Under the pieces are notes generated by a model. That model saw nothing but the letters and a program-made list of their open reading frames with translations. It did no database searches and was not told where the DNA came from. A program made the position numbers and the translations under genes. This document shows, one piece after another, positions 1 to 10,464 of a stretch of 40,302 nucleotides of DNA. The DNA comes from Candidatus Fervidifonticultor sextus (lineage in GTDB: Bacteria; Sysuimicrobiota; Sysuimicrobiia; Sysuimicrobiales; Humicultoraceae), in NCBI GenBank assembly GCA_031459875.1, contig JAVKHQ010000024.1:1-40302 (forward strand), in the 5' to 3' direction. Each line of letters starts with the position of its first letter. The first letter of the stretch is position 1.

Positions 1-96
1 CTGTGCGTCACACAAAGCCTTCGTCGGGTGGTGTCCCAACTCTTTTTCAGGTCAGCGCTTCAGGCCGTTCCTGGAGCCCGTGCGTAACTCCTGTCA

Positions 97-303
97 ATGA
101 AACTCAGCAAGAACATGGGAACGCTAGACCGCATCATCCGGCTGGTGGTTGCCGCCGTGATCGCTGTCTTGTACTTCACCGGCAATCTTTCTGGACTGGC
201 GGCTATCATTCTGGGCATTCTGGCCGTCGCCTTCATCGTTACCAGCGTGGTTGGCTTTTGCCCGACGTATCTGCCGTTCGGTCTTTCCACCCGCAAGCAA
301 TAG
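97..303 (+). CDS. DUF2892 (YgaP-like) small inner-membrane protein
   Basis: 68 aa with NMGTLDRIIR...GFCPTYLPFGLST signature and two hydrophobic helices. Confidence 0.9.
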   Translation: MKLSKNMGTLDRIIRLVVAAVIAVLYFTGNLSGLAAIILGILAVAFIVTSVVGFCPTYLPFGLSTRKQ

Positions 304-479
304 CCGCTTGCAGTGGGCGAGGTCAAAACAGGCGGGGTGGTTTGGATCTCAACAGGCTGACGGCGACCGATCTCGAAGAGGCCACCCGACACTGCATGGA
401 GCGAACGGTTCCGCCCTGCTACCATGATTCGGGCGTGCTTGTAATACCCGCCCCGCCGCTCATGCTTGCCGTTAGGCGG

Positions 480-607
480 CGCAGAATCACCAGGAGGAGG
501 CGGCGCTCGCCCAGGGGGCGAAGCAGGCCCTGGCGGAACAGAGCCTCGAGACGCACGGGTGTGAACTCCTCGAGAGGTCACCCGACCCCGGGGGCGAAGA
601 TGGCAGT
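480..607 (-). pseudogene. Possible IS91-family transposase relic
   Basis: Minus frame reads TAIFAPGVG*PLEEFTPVRLEALFRQGLLRPLGERRLL, resembling from memory the segment after the HUH motif of IS91-like transposases; in-frame TGA at 578-580. Confidence 0.3.
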
Positions 608-612
608 CCGCG

Positions 613-1527
613 TTATGCGCGCCTGTGCAGCCGCGGGTCCAGCGCATCCCGCAGCCAGTCGCCTACCAGGTTGATCCCCACCACCAGCACCATCAGCGCC
701 ATCCCCGGCATGATGGACGGCCACCAGGCGCCGGAGAACAGGTACTTGTATCCGTTGTCGATGAGCAGGCCCAGCGAGGGAGTGGTAAGTGGCATGCCCA
801 CTCCGAGGAACGAGAGGGTGGCTTCGGTCACGATCACGCGCGGCATCGCCACGGAGATCAGAACGATCACCGGTGTCAGGACGTTGGGCAGGATGTGGCG
901 GGCCATGATGCGCCGGTCGACGGCGCCCAGCGCCCGGGCCGCCTCGACAAACTCCTTCTCGCGGATCGCCAGCGTGCTCCCCCGCACCGTCCGGGCAAAC
1001 TCGGCCCACCCCACGACACCGACCACGATGATGAGCTTGTACAGGCCCCGACCCCAGATGGCCGCGATGGCGAGCGCCACCAGCAGGAACGGCAGCGAGA
1101 GCTGCATGTCGGCGGCGCGCATGAAGAACGCGTCCACGCGGCCGCGATAGTAGCCCGACGTCACGCCCGCGGTGACCCCCAAGGCGACCGAGAGGGCGAT
1201 GCTGAGTACGCCGAAGACGATGGAGATACGCAGGCCGAATAGGATGTTGCTGAGCAGGTCCCGGCCGACGGCGTCGGTTCCCAGCGGGTGCGGGCCGCGC
1301 AGCCAGGTGGGCGCCGCCAGGCGCCGGCCGAGGTCCTGCGCCTGCGGATCCCATGGGGCGAACACGGGCGCCAGGGCCGCCAGGACGATCATCACGCCCA
1401 GCAGGACGCCGCCGGCCACGGCCGTCGGGCTCGAGCAAAACGCCCGCCAGGCCCACGCCCCGGGCCGGGTCAGCCGTGGGGCGGCGGCGACGGCTTCCGC
1501 CGTGGATCGGGCCAGGACGCGCGCCAT
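613..1527 (-). CDS. dppC: Peptide/nickel ABC transporter permease (DppC/OppC type)
   Basis: HPLGTDAVGRD, EFVEAARALGA (EAA loop), HILPN, GDWLRDALDPR. Confidence 0.95.
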   Translation of the reverse strand: MARVLARSTAEAVAAAPRLTRPGAWAWRAFCSSPTAVAGGVLLGVMIVLAALAPVFAPWDPQAQDLGRRLAAPTWLRGPHPLGTDAVGRDLLSNILFGLRISIVFGVLSIALSVALGVTAGVTSGYYRGRVDAFFMRAADMQLSLPFLLVALAIAAIWGRGLYKLIIVVGVVGWAEFARTVRGSTLAIREKEFVEAARALGAVDRRIMARHILPNVLTPVIVLISVAMPRVIVTEATLSFLGVGMPLTTPSLGLLIDNGYKYLFSGAWWPSIMPGMALMVLVVGINLVGDWLRDALDPRLHRRA

Positions 1528-1533
1528 GCTCCC

Positions 1534-2451
<918 letters not shown>

Positions 2452-2454
2452 GGA

Positions 2455-4036
2455 CTACCTGAACTTGATGTCGGCGGCCAGGACGTACTCGTCGACCCGC
2501 ACCGGCATCTCGATCCCGGCCTTGACCCCGCGGGTCAGCTCCTCGAAGTAGAGGGGGATCTTCCCCACATCCTGGCGGGTCAACTCGGCCGCCTTGTGAA
2601 ACGCCTCCAGCCGCTTCTTCTCGTCCATCTCGGTGCGCATGATGTCGATGAGCTTGTCGAGTTCAGGATTGCAGTAGCGCCCGTAGTTGGCCCGGCCGTA
2701 GCCGGTCTTGGGATCCACGCAGCCCAGCAGCGCGGCCCAGTTGGAACTGGAGATCAGCGTCAGCCACCCGCTCATCTGGAAGCTGGTGTCGAAGGCGCGC
2801 ATCCGCGGGAAGTAGATCAACCGCGGCATCCCGTTGAGGGCCACGTCGATGCCGACCCGCTTGAGCATCCCGACCAGGGCCAGGCCCACCTCGCGGTCGT
2901 TGACGTAGCGGTCGGTGGTCACGTCCAGGCGCACCGAGAACCCGTTGGGATACCCGGCCTCGGCCAGCAGGCGCTTGGCCCGCGAGGGGTCGTAGATGGG
3001 CCGGCGCACCTTCGGGTTGTAGCCGAACATGAACGGCGGCAGGATCTGCTCCGCCGGCGTCGCCGCGCCACCCATGACCTGCTCGACGATCTCCTTGGTG
3101 TTGACGGCGTGGTAGATCGCCTGGCGCACGCGGACGTCCTTGAACGGGTTGGGGGCGCCGTCGGGCAGGCCCGGACTCCCGGCCGGGTGCCGCCCGCCCC
3201 GATCGCGGTGGACGTCCATGGCCAGGAAGATCAGGCGCGGCCCCTGCTTGCGCAGGACCCGGTGGCCACCGCTCCTGGTCACCCGGGGGATGTCCGGGAT
3301 GGGTACGCTCTCGATGACGTCCACTTCGCCGGCCAGCAGGGCCGCCACGCGGGTCGCACCCTCGGGGATGGGCTTGATGGTCACGCGCGTCGCCTGCGGC
3401 TTTGGGCCCCAGTAGGTGGGGTTGGCCTCCAGCACGATCCGGTCGTCGCGGACCCATTCGACGAACCGGAAGGGGCCGGTGCCGACCGGCCGGCGCGCCA
3501 GCCCCTCGTCCCCGACCTCGCGCGCGTGGCGGGGGCGGCAGCATGTAGACGTTGTTGGCCAGGTTGGCGACGAGGTCGGGCGACGGCTCCGACGTGACGA
3601 GCCGCACGGTCAGGTCGTCGACCACCCTGACCTCCTTGATGAGGCTCACGTACGCCTTCAGCAGCGACCTCGGGTGGTCCCGGCTGCGCTCGATGCTGAA
3701 CTTGACCGACTCGGCGTTGAAGGGCTCACCGTTGTGGAACCGCACCCCGGGTCGGAGCTTGAACTCCCAGGTCAGGGCGTCCAGCGCCCGCCACGAGGTG
3801 GCCAGGACCGGGACCAATCTGGCGTCCGGATCGTTGTCGACCAGCGGCTCCATGATGTGGCGCTGGACGCTGAACGTCGTGCTGATGGCGCTCAGCATGG
3901 GGTCCATGGTCTCCGCGTCACCCGTGATGGCGATGGTGACCGGACGGCCCTGGGCGAAGTTGGTCGGGGCCAGGCCGGCGATCAGGGCCAGGGCGACGGC
4001 TGTGGCGATCGCGACGTGTGCGGCCCACCGCGTCAT
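2455..4036 (-). pseudogene. Family-5 ABC substrate-binding protein (DppA-like), split by a +1 frameshift (real lesion or sequencing error)
   Basis: N-half in ORF 2663..4042 (signal peptide, WEFKLRPGVRFHNG) and C-half in ORF 2455..3435 (NPFKDVRVRQA, AKRLLAEAGY). Removing one G from the G5 run at 3531-3535 gives MLPPRHAREVGDEGLARRPVGTGPF. ATG 4036 overlaps the upstream TGA (ATGA). Confidence 0.9.
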
Positions 4037-5415
4037 GTCCATCCCTCCCTGTGGACGACCGAATACCGAAGTTGTTTTGCTCGTGCCGCCGACTCTCCTT
4101 GTGGCGTCACCAATAGCATACCGCGCCGCCCCTCGACCCGTCCGTCGCCCAGCACGATCCGTCCGGCGGCGGCCGACCAGGTGGCCCGGCCGGCGGCCAG
4201 GTCCAGGACCGTGACGTCGGCGTCGGCACCGACCCCCAGGTGTCCCTTCGAGGACACGCCCAGCACCCTGGCGGGGTTGAGGCAGGCCTTGACCACGAAG
4301 TCCCGCAGCGTCCAGACGCCCAACTCGACCAGCATCAGCCCGTGGCGGACCAGGACGTTGCGCGGGATGGCGCCGCCGTCGGTGCTCAGGCTGTCGACTA
4401 CGAACCGGCCCCCGCGCCGGGCGGCGGCCAGGAGGATGGCGGAGGGGATGTGGTTGACCGGAAACGACACCCCCGCGTCAGTCCCCCTGGCCCGCCAGGC
4501 CGCGAGACCGGTCTCCGGGTCCGCCAGGACGACCGTCCCGTCCGCGAGGTGGTGGATCCTCGCGTAGCCTGCGGCGATGGCATCCTCCAGTCCCCGCTCG
4601 GTGGGTTCGTAACCGCCCAGCCGCAGGCAGGTCCTGGTGACCTCGCTGATGGGGACGCCGCCGCTACAGCGCGCCGACGTCCCGTTGTACACCGATAGGT
4701 ACGAGTCGCTGACGGCCTCGGAATACGCCGTCAGGAGGTCCAACGCCCGCTGCGCCTCGGCGACCGGGTCGCCGGTCGCCTGGCCCCGGCAGTACGAGTT
4801 GATGTGTGCGATGTGGACGCGCCGCCCGCCCGCCAGGTCCAGCGCCTCGGCCAGGCCCCGGATGTCCGAGCCCGTCTGCGTGGTGCCCACGTGGAAGGCC
4901 ACGTAGCACCGTCGCGCCGCCGCCGCAGCGATGGCGCGCTCGGTGGCCGCCGGCGTGAGGGGGTAGTGGCCGCCGAGGATCTTGACGCCGATGGCTCCCG
5001 AGGCCAGAGCCCGATCGACGGCGTCCGCCAGTTCGACGGCCGACGGGTCGCGGGACGAGACCGTCGCGCCAGGGACGAGCGGGTATAGGAACGCGACGTT
5101 GAGCCCGGCTCCGCCGGCCGATAGCGCATCGGCCAGGTCATCGAAGGCGCCCGCCAGGTCCAGCGCCGTGACCACTCCGGTCTCCGCGACCATCCGATGG
5201 CCTTGGGAGGCGCCGAAGTGGCGCGAGAGATGGGTATGGACATCAATGACTCCCGGGATGACGACCTGTCCGGCTACATCGATGGTGCGCCGGGCGCCTG
5301 TGGTAATCCGACCCACCTCGGCCACCCGACCATCGCGGATGGCCAGGTCGGCCGGACCATCGATGTGGTTGGCGGGATCCAGCAGCCGCCCGCCGACGAA
5401 CGCCAGATCGTGCAC
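4033..5415 (-). CDS. Metal-dependent amidohydrolase (dihydroorotase/D-aminoacylase-like)
   Basis: PGVIDVHTH, GVKILGGH, FHVG, HIAH, STDGG, NPARVLG..KGHL.VGADAD; GTG start with GAGGAGG RBS. Confidence 0.9.
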   Translation of the reverse strand: MHDLAFVGGRLLDPANHIDGPADLAIRDGRVAEVGRITTGARRTIDVAGQVVIPGVIDVHTHLSRHFGASQGHRMVAETGVVTALDLAGAFDDLADALSAGGAGLNVAFLYPLVPGATVSSRDPSAVELADAVDRALASGAIGVKILGGHYPLTPAATERAIAAAAARRCYVAFHVGTTQTGSDIRGLAEALDLAGGRRVHIAHINSYCRGQATGDPVAEAQRALDLLTAYSEAVSDSYLSVYNGTSARCSGGVPISEVTRTCLRLGGYEPTERGLEDAIAAGYARIHHLADGTVVLADPETGLAAWRARGTDAGVSFPVNHIPSAILLAAARRGGRFVVDSLSTDGGAIPRNVLVRHGLMLVELGVWTLRDFVVKACLNPARVLGVSSKGHLGVGADADVTVLDLAAGRATWSAAAGRIVLGDGRVEGRRGMLLVTPQGESAARAKQLRYSVVHREGWT

Positions 5416-5464
5416 GCTGTGTGCCTCCTCTTGGCTGATGTGGCCGGATGCGGGTCAATCCCCC

Positions 5465-5473
5465 TGGTATAAT
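5465..5473 (+). promoter_or_regulatory. Extended -10 promoter for tRNA-Ser
   Basis: TGGTATAAT ending 7 nt before the tRNA 5' end. Confidence 0.75.
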
Positions 5474-5480
5474 GAGCCCC

Positions 5481-5571
5481 GGAGAGGTGGCTGAGCCCGG
5501 TTGAAGGCGGCGGACTTGAAATCCGTTAGGGCGGCAAGCCCTCGTGGGTTCGAATCCCACCCTCTCCGCCA
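5481..5571 (+). tRNA. tRNA-Ser (anticodon TGA)
   Basis: GGAGAGG/CCTCTCC acceptor stem, anticodon arm GCGGA-CTTGAAA-TCCGT, long variable arm, GGTTCGAATCC, discriminator G, encoded CCA. Confidence 0.97.
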
Positions 5572-5663
5572 ATCCCCCGCCCCGACCGCCCGATTGCCGC
5601 GCTGGCGCAGGAAGTCTGACCCGCGCCCTCTTGGGGCACCCACTAGTCGGAGAGGAGCGCCCA

Positions 5664-6686
5664 TTGGGACCGCTCGCTGTTGTCACCTGCCCGCGCTGCG
5701 GCGTGGAAAACCCGGCTGCAGCACAGTTTTGCGGCCGCTGCTGGGGATACCTCCACGGGCCGACCTGCCCGAGCTGCGGCCGACAGTCCTCCCGGGCGGG
5801 CGCCAGGTATTGCGAGCACTGCGGGAAGGACCTGGCCGCCTCTGAGCCCGGGATGGCGCCGGAGGCACTTCCTGTGGGGGAGACCCATGCAGGCCCCGAG
5901 GCCGCGGCGCCGCTCGGGACGCCGATCGCTGAAGTCCCTACCGCCGAAGCCCCTGCCGCTGAAGTCCGTGCCGCTGAAGCCCAAGCTGCCGGAGAACCTC
6001 CTGTCGAGGAACCCGTCGCCGAGGAACCCGTCATCGAGAAGCCCGTTGCTGAGGGACCCCTCGTCGAAATCCCCTCCCTGGAGGAGGTCGTTCCGGCAGA
6101 ACCCGTCCCGGAGGCACAGCCTGCGCCTGCGGAGCCGCCCCCGCCGCATCAGCCCCAGAAGGAGGGGCGCCCCGCCTCCCGGCCGGGCAAGGCCGCACCG
6201 CCCGGTCTTCCCTCGTGGGCCGTCGTCGCCTTGTTCGTTGTGGCCATCGCCGGCGCGCTGGTCGTTCGTCAGCAAACCGACGTGCGGGGACGAGACGCCC
6301 TAGCGCCGCCCAGGGCTCCGGTTCCATCGCCCCAGGTTGGGGGCACGGACCAGGCGCAACCGGCCGTCGCGCCGTCGCCGGTTCCGGTCAGTCCCACGCC
6401 CACCCCGAAGCCGGCGGTGGGCATCCTCCAGATCGGCACCGCTCCGGCTGGCGCCCGCGTTGAGTTGGACGGCACCCCGGTCGGCATCACGCCGTTGACC
6501 CTGGCGGAGGTGAAGCCCGGGAGGCACGCGGTCAGGGTCAGCAGGGCCGGCTTCCGCTCGGTCAGCCGCGAGGTGGAGATCGCAGACGGCGAGAGGGTCA
6601 TCCTCGACCTCACCCTGACCCCGGCGCCCCCGCCGGCACCGCGGCGGGTCAGGGCGACGCCCCCACCGCCACCCCCGCCGCCGTGA
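5664..6686 (+). CDS. Double zinc-ribbon, single-TM, PEGA-domain protein
   Basis: CPRC/CGRC/CPSC/CEHC motifs, acidic EEPVA-type repeats, TM (WAVVALFVVAIAGALVV), PEGA (TAPAGARVELDG..VGITPL...G.H.VRVSRAGF); TTG 5664 chosen for its AGGAG RBS. Confidence 0.85.
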   Translation: MGPLAVVTCPRCGVENPAAAQFCGRCWGYLHGPTCPSCGRQSSRAGARYCEHCGKDLAASEPGMAPEALPVGETHAGPEAAAPLGTPIAEVPTAEAPAAEVRAAEAQAAGEPPVEEPVAEEPVIEKPVAEGPLVEIPSLEEVVPAEPVPEAQPAPAEPPPPHQPQKEGRPASRPGKAAPPGLPSWAVVALFVVAIAGALVVRQQTDVRGRDALAPPRAPVPSPQVGGTDQAQPAVAPSPVPVSPTPTPKPAVGILQIGTAPAGARVELDGTPVGITPLTLAEVKPGRHAVRVSRAGFRSVSREVEIADGERVILDLTLTPAPPPAPRRVRATPPPPPPPP

Positions 6687-6711
6687 TCGGGGATCCCCGG
6701 AGGCCAGCGCC

Positions 6712-7701
6712 GTGGCTCGTCGACGGGTGAGGGATCACAGCCGACCGGGCAGCGTGTGGGGGCTGGTCGTGCTGAGCGTGATCGCGGCGACCGCCTTGCA
6801 CAGCACGGGCGATGCGCTCGCCGGGCCTTCGGCCCAGGCGTACCTGGAGCAGGCCATCATCCTCTACAACAGGGGCGAATGCGGCAGGGCCATCGTGCTC
6901 CTCACCAAAGCAGTGGCGGCCGCGCCCAGGTACGTGCGGGCGTACTCCTGGATGGGATTCTGCTATGCGACGCTGGGTCGGACCCGCGAGGCGGTGGCGG
7001 CGTTCAACCGCGTGATCGCCCTGGCGCCCGGAAGCGAGGATGCCCGAATCGCCAGGCAGTGGATCGCCAGGCTGCAGCGGCCTGCGGTGCGGAGGCCGAC
7101 CCCGACTCCCCTGGCGGCTCCGTCTCCGGCCCCCACGCCGCCCGGCCTGGTTTATCTGGTGAGCCTCCCCGCCGCCGCCGGCGTGACGGTGGACAACCGT
7201 CCCCGGCAGATCCAGTTGTTCGGGGTGATCTACCGGCACGCGCTGGTCGAACGGCGCAACTGGTGGCGGGGGCGACGCTCGATCGAGCGGGAGTGGAGGG
7301 TCGTCTACAACCTCCAGAGGCGGTTCTCGCGATTCCGCGCGCTCGCGGGGGTGGAGGACGGGTCCCCCCCGGAGTTCACCGCGACCTTCGAAGTCCGCGC
7401 GGACGGCACCGCCCTGTTCGAGGGTCACCCCAAGCGGGCCGGGGACGTCCCCGACGCCCTGGACCTCGACGTTGCCGGTGTCCTGCAACTCGAGATGATC
7501 GTCCGCGGGTACGACCCGCTGCACACGCGGGATCTGTCGGTCGTGTGGGCGGACCCTGCGCTGGACGCGCGGCCGGCGGTCACGCAACCGGCGCTCCCGC
7601 CGTCGCCAGCCGGGCCGCCGTCGCCAGCCGGGCCGCCGGTGCCCCCACCGGCGTCACCGCCGCCTGCCTCCCCGCCGGCATCGCCGTCCCCTGGAGGCTA
7701 G
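6712..7701 (+). CDS. Secreted TPR + NPCBM/NEW2-like domain protein
   Basis: Signal peptide, TPRs (AYSWMGFCYATLG..REAVAAFNRVIALAP), NPCBM-like YNLQRRFSRFRALAGV..FEVRADG..LDVAGVLQLEM..VWADP, Pro-rich tail. Confidence 0.8.
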   Translation: MARRRVRDHSRPGSVWGLVVLSVIAATALHSTGDALAGPSAQAYLEQAIILYNRGECGRAIVLLTKAVAAAPRYVRAYSWMGFCYATLGRTREAVAAFNRVIALAPGSEDARIARQWIARLQRPAVRRPTPTPLAAPSPAPTPPGLVYLVSLPAAAGVTVDNRPRQIQLFGVIYRHALVERRNWWRGRRSIEREWRVVYNLQRRFSRFRALAGVEDGSPPEFTATFEVRADGTALFEGHPKRAGDVPDALDLDVAGVLQLEMIVRGYDPLHTRDLSVVWADPALDARPAVTQPALPPSPAGPPSPAGPPVPPPASPPPASPPASPSPGG

Positions 7702-7708
7702 TCGGACC

Positions 7709-8059
7709 CTACGCGGCGTACTTCCTGGCCCAGTCGCTGACGACCGGGATGGAGACCTCCTTGCCGTTGTACGCCTGAACGGCCCAATAGATGGAAAGGA
7801 TCAGCCACGCGATCCACAGGATCGGCCCGGTCACGATCACCAAAAGCCAGCCCAGGAAGGGGATGTTGCCGAGGATCATCAGGCCGACGTAGATGATCAC
7901 CCACGCGATGCCCCAGAACAACGCCGTCCACCCGTGGTGCCGCATGAAGGCTTCCTTCTTCATGTCGGTGAGCACGATGATCAGGGCGATGATCCAGATG
8001 GGATAGGCCAGGGCGGCCAGGAGTTTGTTCGACTGCTCGGACGTGGGCTGGCTGCTCAT
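7709..8059 (-). CDS. DUF4870/Tic20-like membrane protein
   Basis: LAALAY...FMRHH...QAYNG...IPVV pattern, hydrophobic; GAGGAGG RBS. Confidence 0.85.
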   Translation of the reverse strand: MSSQPTSEQSNKLLAALAYPIWIIALIIVLTDMKKEAFMRHHGWTALFWGIAWVIIYVGLMILGNIPFLGWLLVIVTGPILWIAWLILSIYWAVQAYNGKEVSIPVVSDWARKYAA

Positions 8060-8150
8060 GCGCTCCCTCCTCGTTGCGGCTGGTAACGCCGCGGAACGTT
8101 ACTTCCTTCGAATCCGCCGGTGAAGTTCCTCCTTGGCCGGAGCCGCCGCT

Positions 8151-8156
8151 TATAAT
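8151..8156 (+). promoter_or_regulatory. -10 box (TATAAT) of the large operon
   Basis: Perfect TATAAT 9 nt upstream of ATG 8166; no SD in between. Confidence 0.6.
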
Positions 8157-8165
8157 GGAAGCACG

Positions 8166-9140
8166 ATGTCCGCCACGACAGTCCGTTCGGCCCGGGTGGA
8201 GGCGCTGGTCTCCGAGATCCGCGAGGTGACCGGGGGAGCGCCTGTCGTGGTGGCGTTTTCCGGGGGGCTCGACTCCTCGACCGTGGCCGCGCTGGCCAGA
8301 GAAGCCCTGGGCGCGCCCCACGTGCTCCTGGTTACCGTGAACATGGGCCAGTACGCCTACCGACGCGGCAACGAGATCGTATTGGAGATGGCCGAGCAGC
8401 TCGGGCTGCAGCAGCGCTGCCTGCTGGGACAGCAGGCGCAGCACGTCGTTCAGCGCAGCGGCCCCGCCTGCAACCGCTGCACCCGCCAGATCAAACTGGG
8501 GATGGTGAAGGCGGCAGCCCGCGGCCGGCTGGTGCTCACCGGGTCCAACCGCAGCGACACCTGGGGCCAGATGGGGGTCAAGCTCAGCAACGGCTACTAC
8601 TCCCCCCTGATCGACCTGGACAAGCCGCAGATCCGCGCCATCGCCGACGAACTCGGCCTGCGGATCCCGCGGATCGGCGAGCACTGGGGCCGCGAGGGCT
8701 GCACCCTCAAGCACCTGCTCAAGCCCCTGGTCAACCCCGACTACCACGGCCGCGCGGTGGCCGAGGCCAACGAGGTGCTGCTGCGTGTGCTGGCCGAAGC
8801 CCGGTTTGCCGCCGAGGTGGCCAACGTGAAGATCGTCGGCCCGCTGCGCCGGAACATCGGGCTGGTCAACGTCCGACCGCAGCCGCCCGAAGAGGTGAAG
8901 GCCGCCGTGTGGGGAGCCCTGCGCGAGCTGCCGGTCTTAGACGAGGTCCGCTTCGTGGAGGGGCCGGTCCGGCTGGTCGTCAGGATCGGGCCGGCACTGG
9001 CCGGCGATGCTGCCGGCCGGTACTGGATCGAGCACGGCCGCCTGGCGCCCGACTTCGCGCACCCGATCGAGGTGGAGTGGCACCCGAGCGCAGACGGCCG
9101 GCTCCATACCTTCCACGTGCTCGACGCCGTGGCGCTGTAG
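8166..9140 (+). CDS. PP-loop ATP pyrophosphatase, LarE/ExsB-like putative sulfur insertase
   Basis: VVVAFSGGLDSS PP-loop, ACNRC, TGSNRSD, SPLIDLDKPQIRAIADELGL, GCTLKH. Confidence 0.8.
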   Translation: MSATTVRSARVEALVSEIREVTGGAPVVVAFSGGLDSSTVAALAREALGAPHVLLVTVNMGQYAYRRGNEIVLEMAEQLGLQQRCLLGQQAQHVVQRSGPACNRCTRQIKLGMVKAAARGRLVLTGSNRSDTWGQMGVKLSNGYYSPLIDLDKPQIRAIADELGLRIPRIGEHWGREGCTLKHLLKPLVNPDYHGRAVAEANEVLLRVLAEARFAAEVANVKIVGPLRRNIGLVNVRPQPPEEVKAAVWGALRELPVLDEVRFVEGPVRLVVRIGPALAGDAAGRYWIEHGRLAPDFAHPIEVEWHPSADGRLHTFHVLDAVAL

Positions 9141-9141
9141 G

Positions 9142-10464
9142 ATGGCGCCGGTGGCTCCTGCGCGCCTGGTAGCCGGCAGGATTCCCGCCGCACCCGCCCG
9201 AACCTGCGAGCCGATGGTGGGACGTCGCATCGCCCTCTTCGTCACGCTCCTGGTCCTCCCGCTGGCGCCCGGCCGCGGCATCGGGGCGCCGTCGATCAGC
9301 ATTGAGTTCTGGACGATCTCGCTGCAGCCGTTCTTCACCGACTACATCAACGGGATGGTCGCGGCCTACGAGCGGGCCCATCCCGGGGTGAGGATCCGCT
9401 GGGTGGACGTCCAGTTCGGGGCCATCGAGCAAAAACTGCTGGCGGCGCTGGCCGGCGGGGTCGCCCCCGACGTCGTCAACCTGAATACCGAGATGACGGT
9501 CCGTTTGGCCGAGCGGAGCGCGCTGGTGGACATGGACGCCGCAGTCCCCGCAGCGGCCCGCGGCCGCTACTTCGACGGCCTGTGGCGCTCGACGCAGGTG
9601 CGGGGCCGGACCTACGGCATCCCCTGGTACGTCGTGCCCAACGTCATCGCCTACAACACGGCCCTCTACCGGCGGGCGGGCTTGAACCCCTCGCAGCCGC
9701 CCCAGACCGAAGAGGAGATGATCCAGCACGCCCGGACCATCAAAGACCGCGCCAGGGTCTACGGGTTCATGCCCAACGTGGACGGCGTGCGGATGCTGCA
9801 CCGGTTCCAGGAGAACGGTCTGCCGGTCCTCAGCCCCGACGGCAAGCGCGCGGTGTTCAACTCCCCCGCCCACGTGGAGTACCTGAGCCGCTATGTCGAC
9901 CTCTTCAGGCAGGACTACTTCCCCGAGGACACCCTCCGGCGCGGTTACCTGGGCGCCACCGAGCGGTACAGCGCCGGGCAGCTCGGCATGTTGATCACCG
10001 GCCCGCAGTTCCTCCTGCGCGTGAAGCGGGACAACCCGGAGGTGTACGCGCAGACGTTCGTGGCGCCGTATCCCAGGGGGAAGGGGAATACCCTCCATCT
10101 GGCGACCATGACGGTGGCCGTGCCGCGCGCCAGCCGGAACACGGAAGCCGCGGTGGACTTTGCGCTGTTCGTCACCAATGACGAGAATCAGCTGGCGTTC
10201 AGCCGGCAGGTGGTCGTCTTCCCCTCGACCCGCCAGGCCGCCAGCGACCCCTTCTTCCGGCAGGGCGGCGCCGCGCCCGAGGACGTCGCCCGCAAGGTAG
10301 CCGCGGCCGATCTCCCGTACGCCCGCGACCTCAGCGTGATCGTGCCCCACGCCGGAGACCTGTTCCGCGTGTTCCGCGAGGCGGTCGAGAGCGCGTTCTA
10401 CGGGAAGCGGACCCCCAGGGAGGCGCTGGACTGGGCGGTGGCACAGTGGAATGCGCGCCTGTGA
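9142..10464 (+). CDS. Carbohydrate ABC transporter substrate-binding protein (start may be 9214)
   Basis: IEFWTISLQPFF, PDVVNL, YGIPWY, IAYNTALYRRAGL; signal peptide from Met 9214. Confidence 0.92.
   Translation: MAPVAPARLVAGRIPAAPARTCEPMVGRRIALFVTLLVLPLAPGRGIGAPSISIEFWTISLQPFFTDYINGMVAAYERAHPGVRIRWVDVQFGAIEQKLLAALAGGVAPDVVNLNTEMTVRLAERSALVDMDAAVPAAARGRYFDGLWRSTQVRGRTYGIPWYVVPNVIAYNTALYRRAGLNPSQPPQTEEEMIQHARTIKDRARVYGFMPNVDGVRMLHRFQENGLPVLSPDGKRAVFNSPAHVEYLSRYVDLFRQDYFPEDTLRRGYLGATERYSAGQLGMLITGPQFLLRVKRDNPEVYAQTFVAPYPRGKGNTLHLATMTVAVPRASRNTEAAVDFALFVTNDENQLAFSRQVVVFPSTRQAASDPFFRQGGAAPEDVARKVAAADLPYARDLSVIVPHAGDLFRVFREAVESAFYGKRTPREALDWAVAQWNARL

Noticed and set aside
2..14. TGTGCGTCACACA as a CRP/FNR site
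   Set aside because: Half-site spacing is 3 nt too short, and the context is truncated by the window edge.
5481..5571. Long-variable-arm tRNA as possible tRNA-Sec or suppressor
   Set aside because: The anticodon is TGA (reads UCA, Ser), not TCA, and the acceptor stem is a normal 7 bp.
5925..6065. Short tandem repeats (GCCGCTGAAG, GAGGAACCCGTC), also the 18-bp repeats near 7600-7640
   Set aside because: In-frame low-complexity protein linkers with no unique spacers; not CRISPR.
8166..9140. Calling the PP-loop gene queC because queG is in the window
   Set aside because: It lacks the QueC YGQRH and VP.RN motifs and the C-terminal CGxCxxC zinc site, and it is 13 kb from queG.
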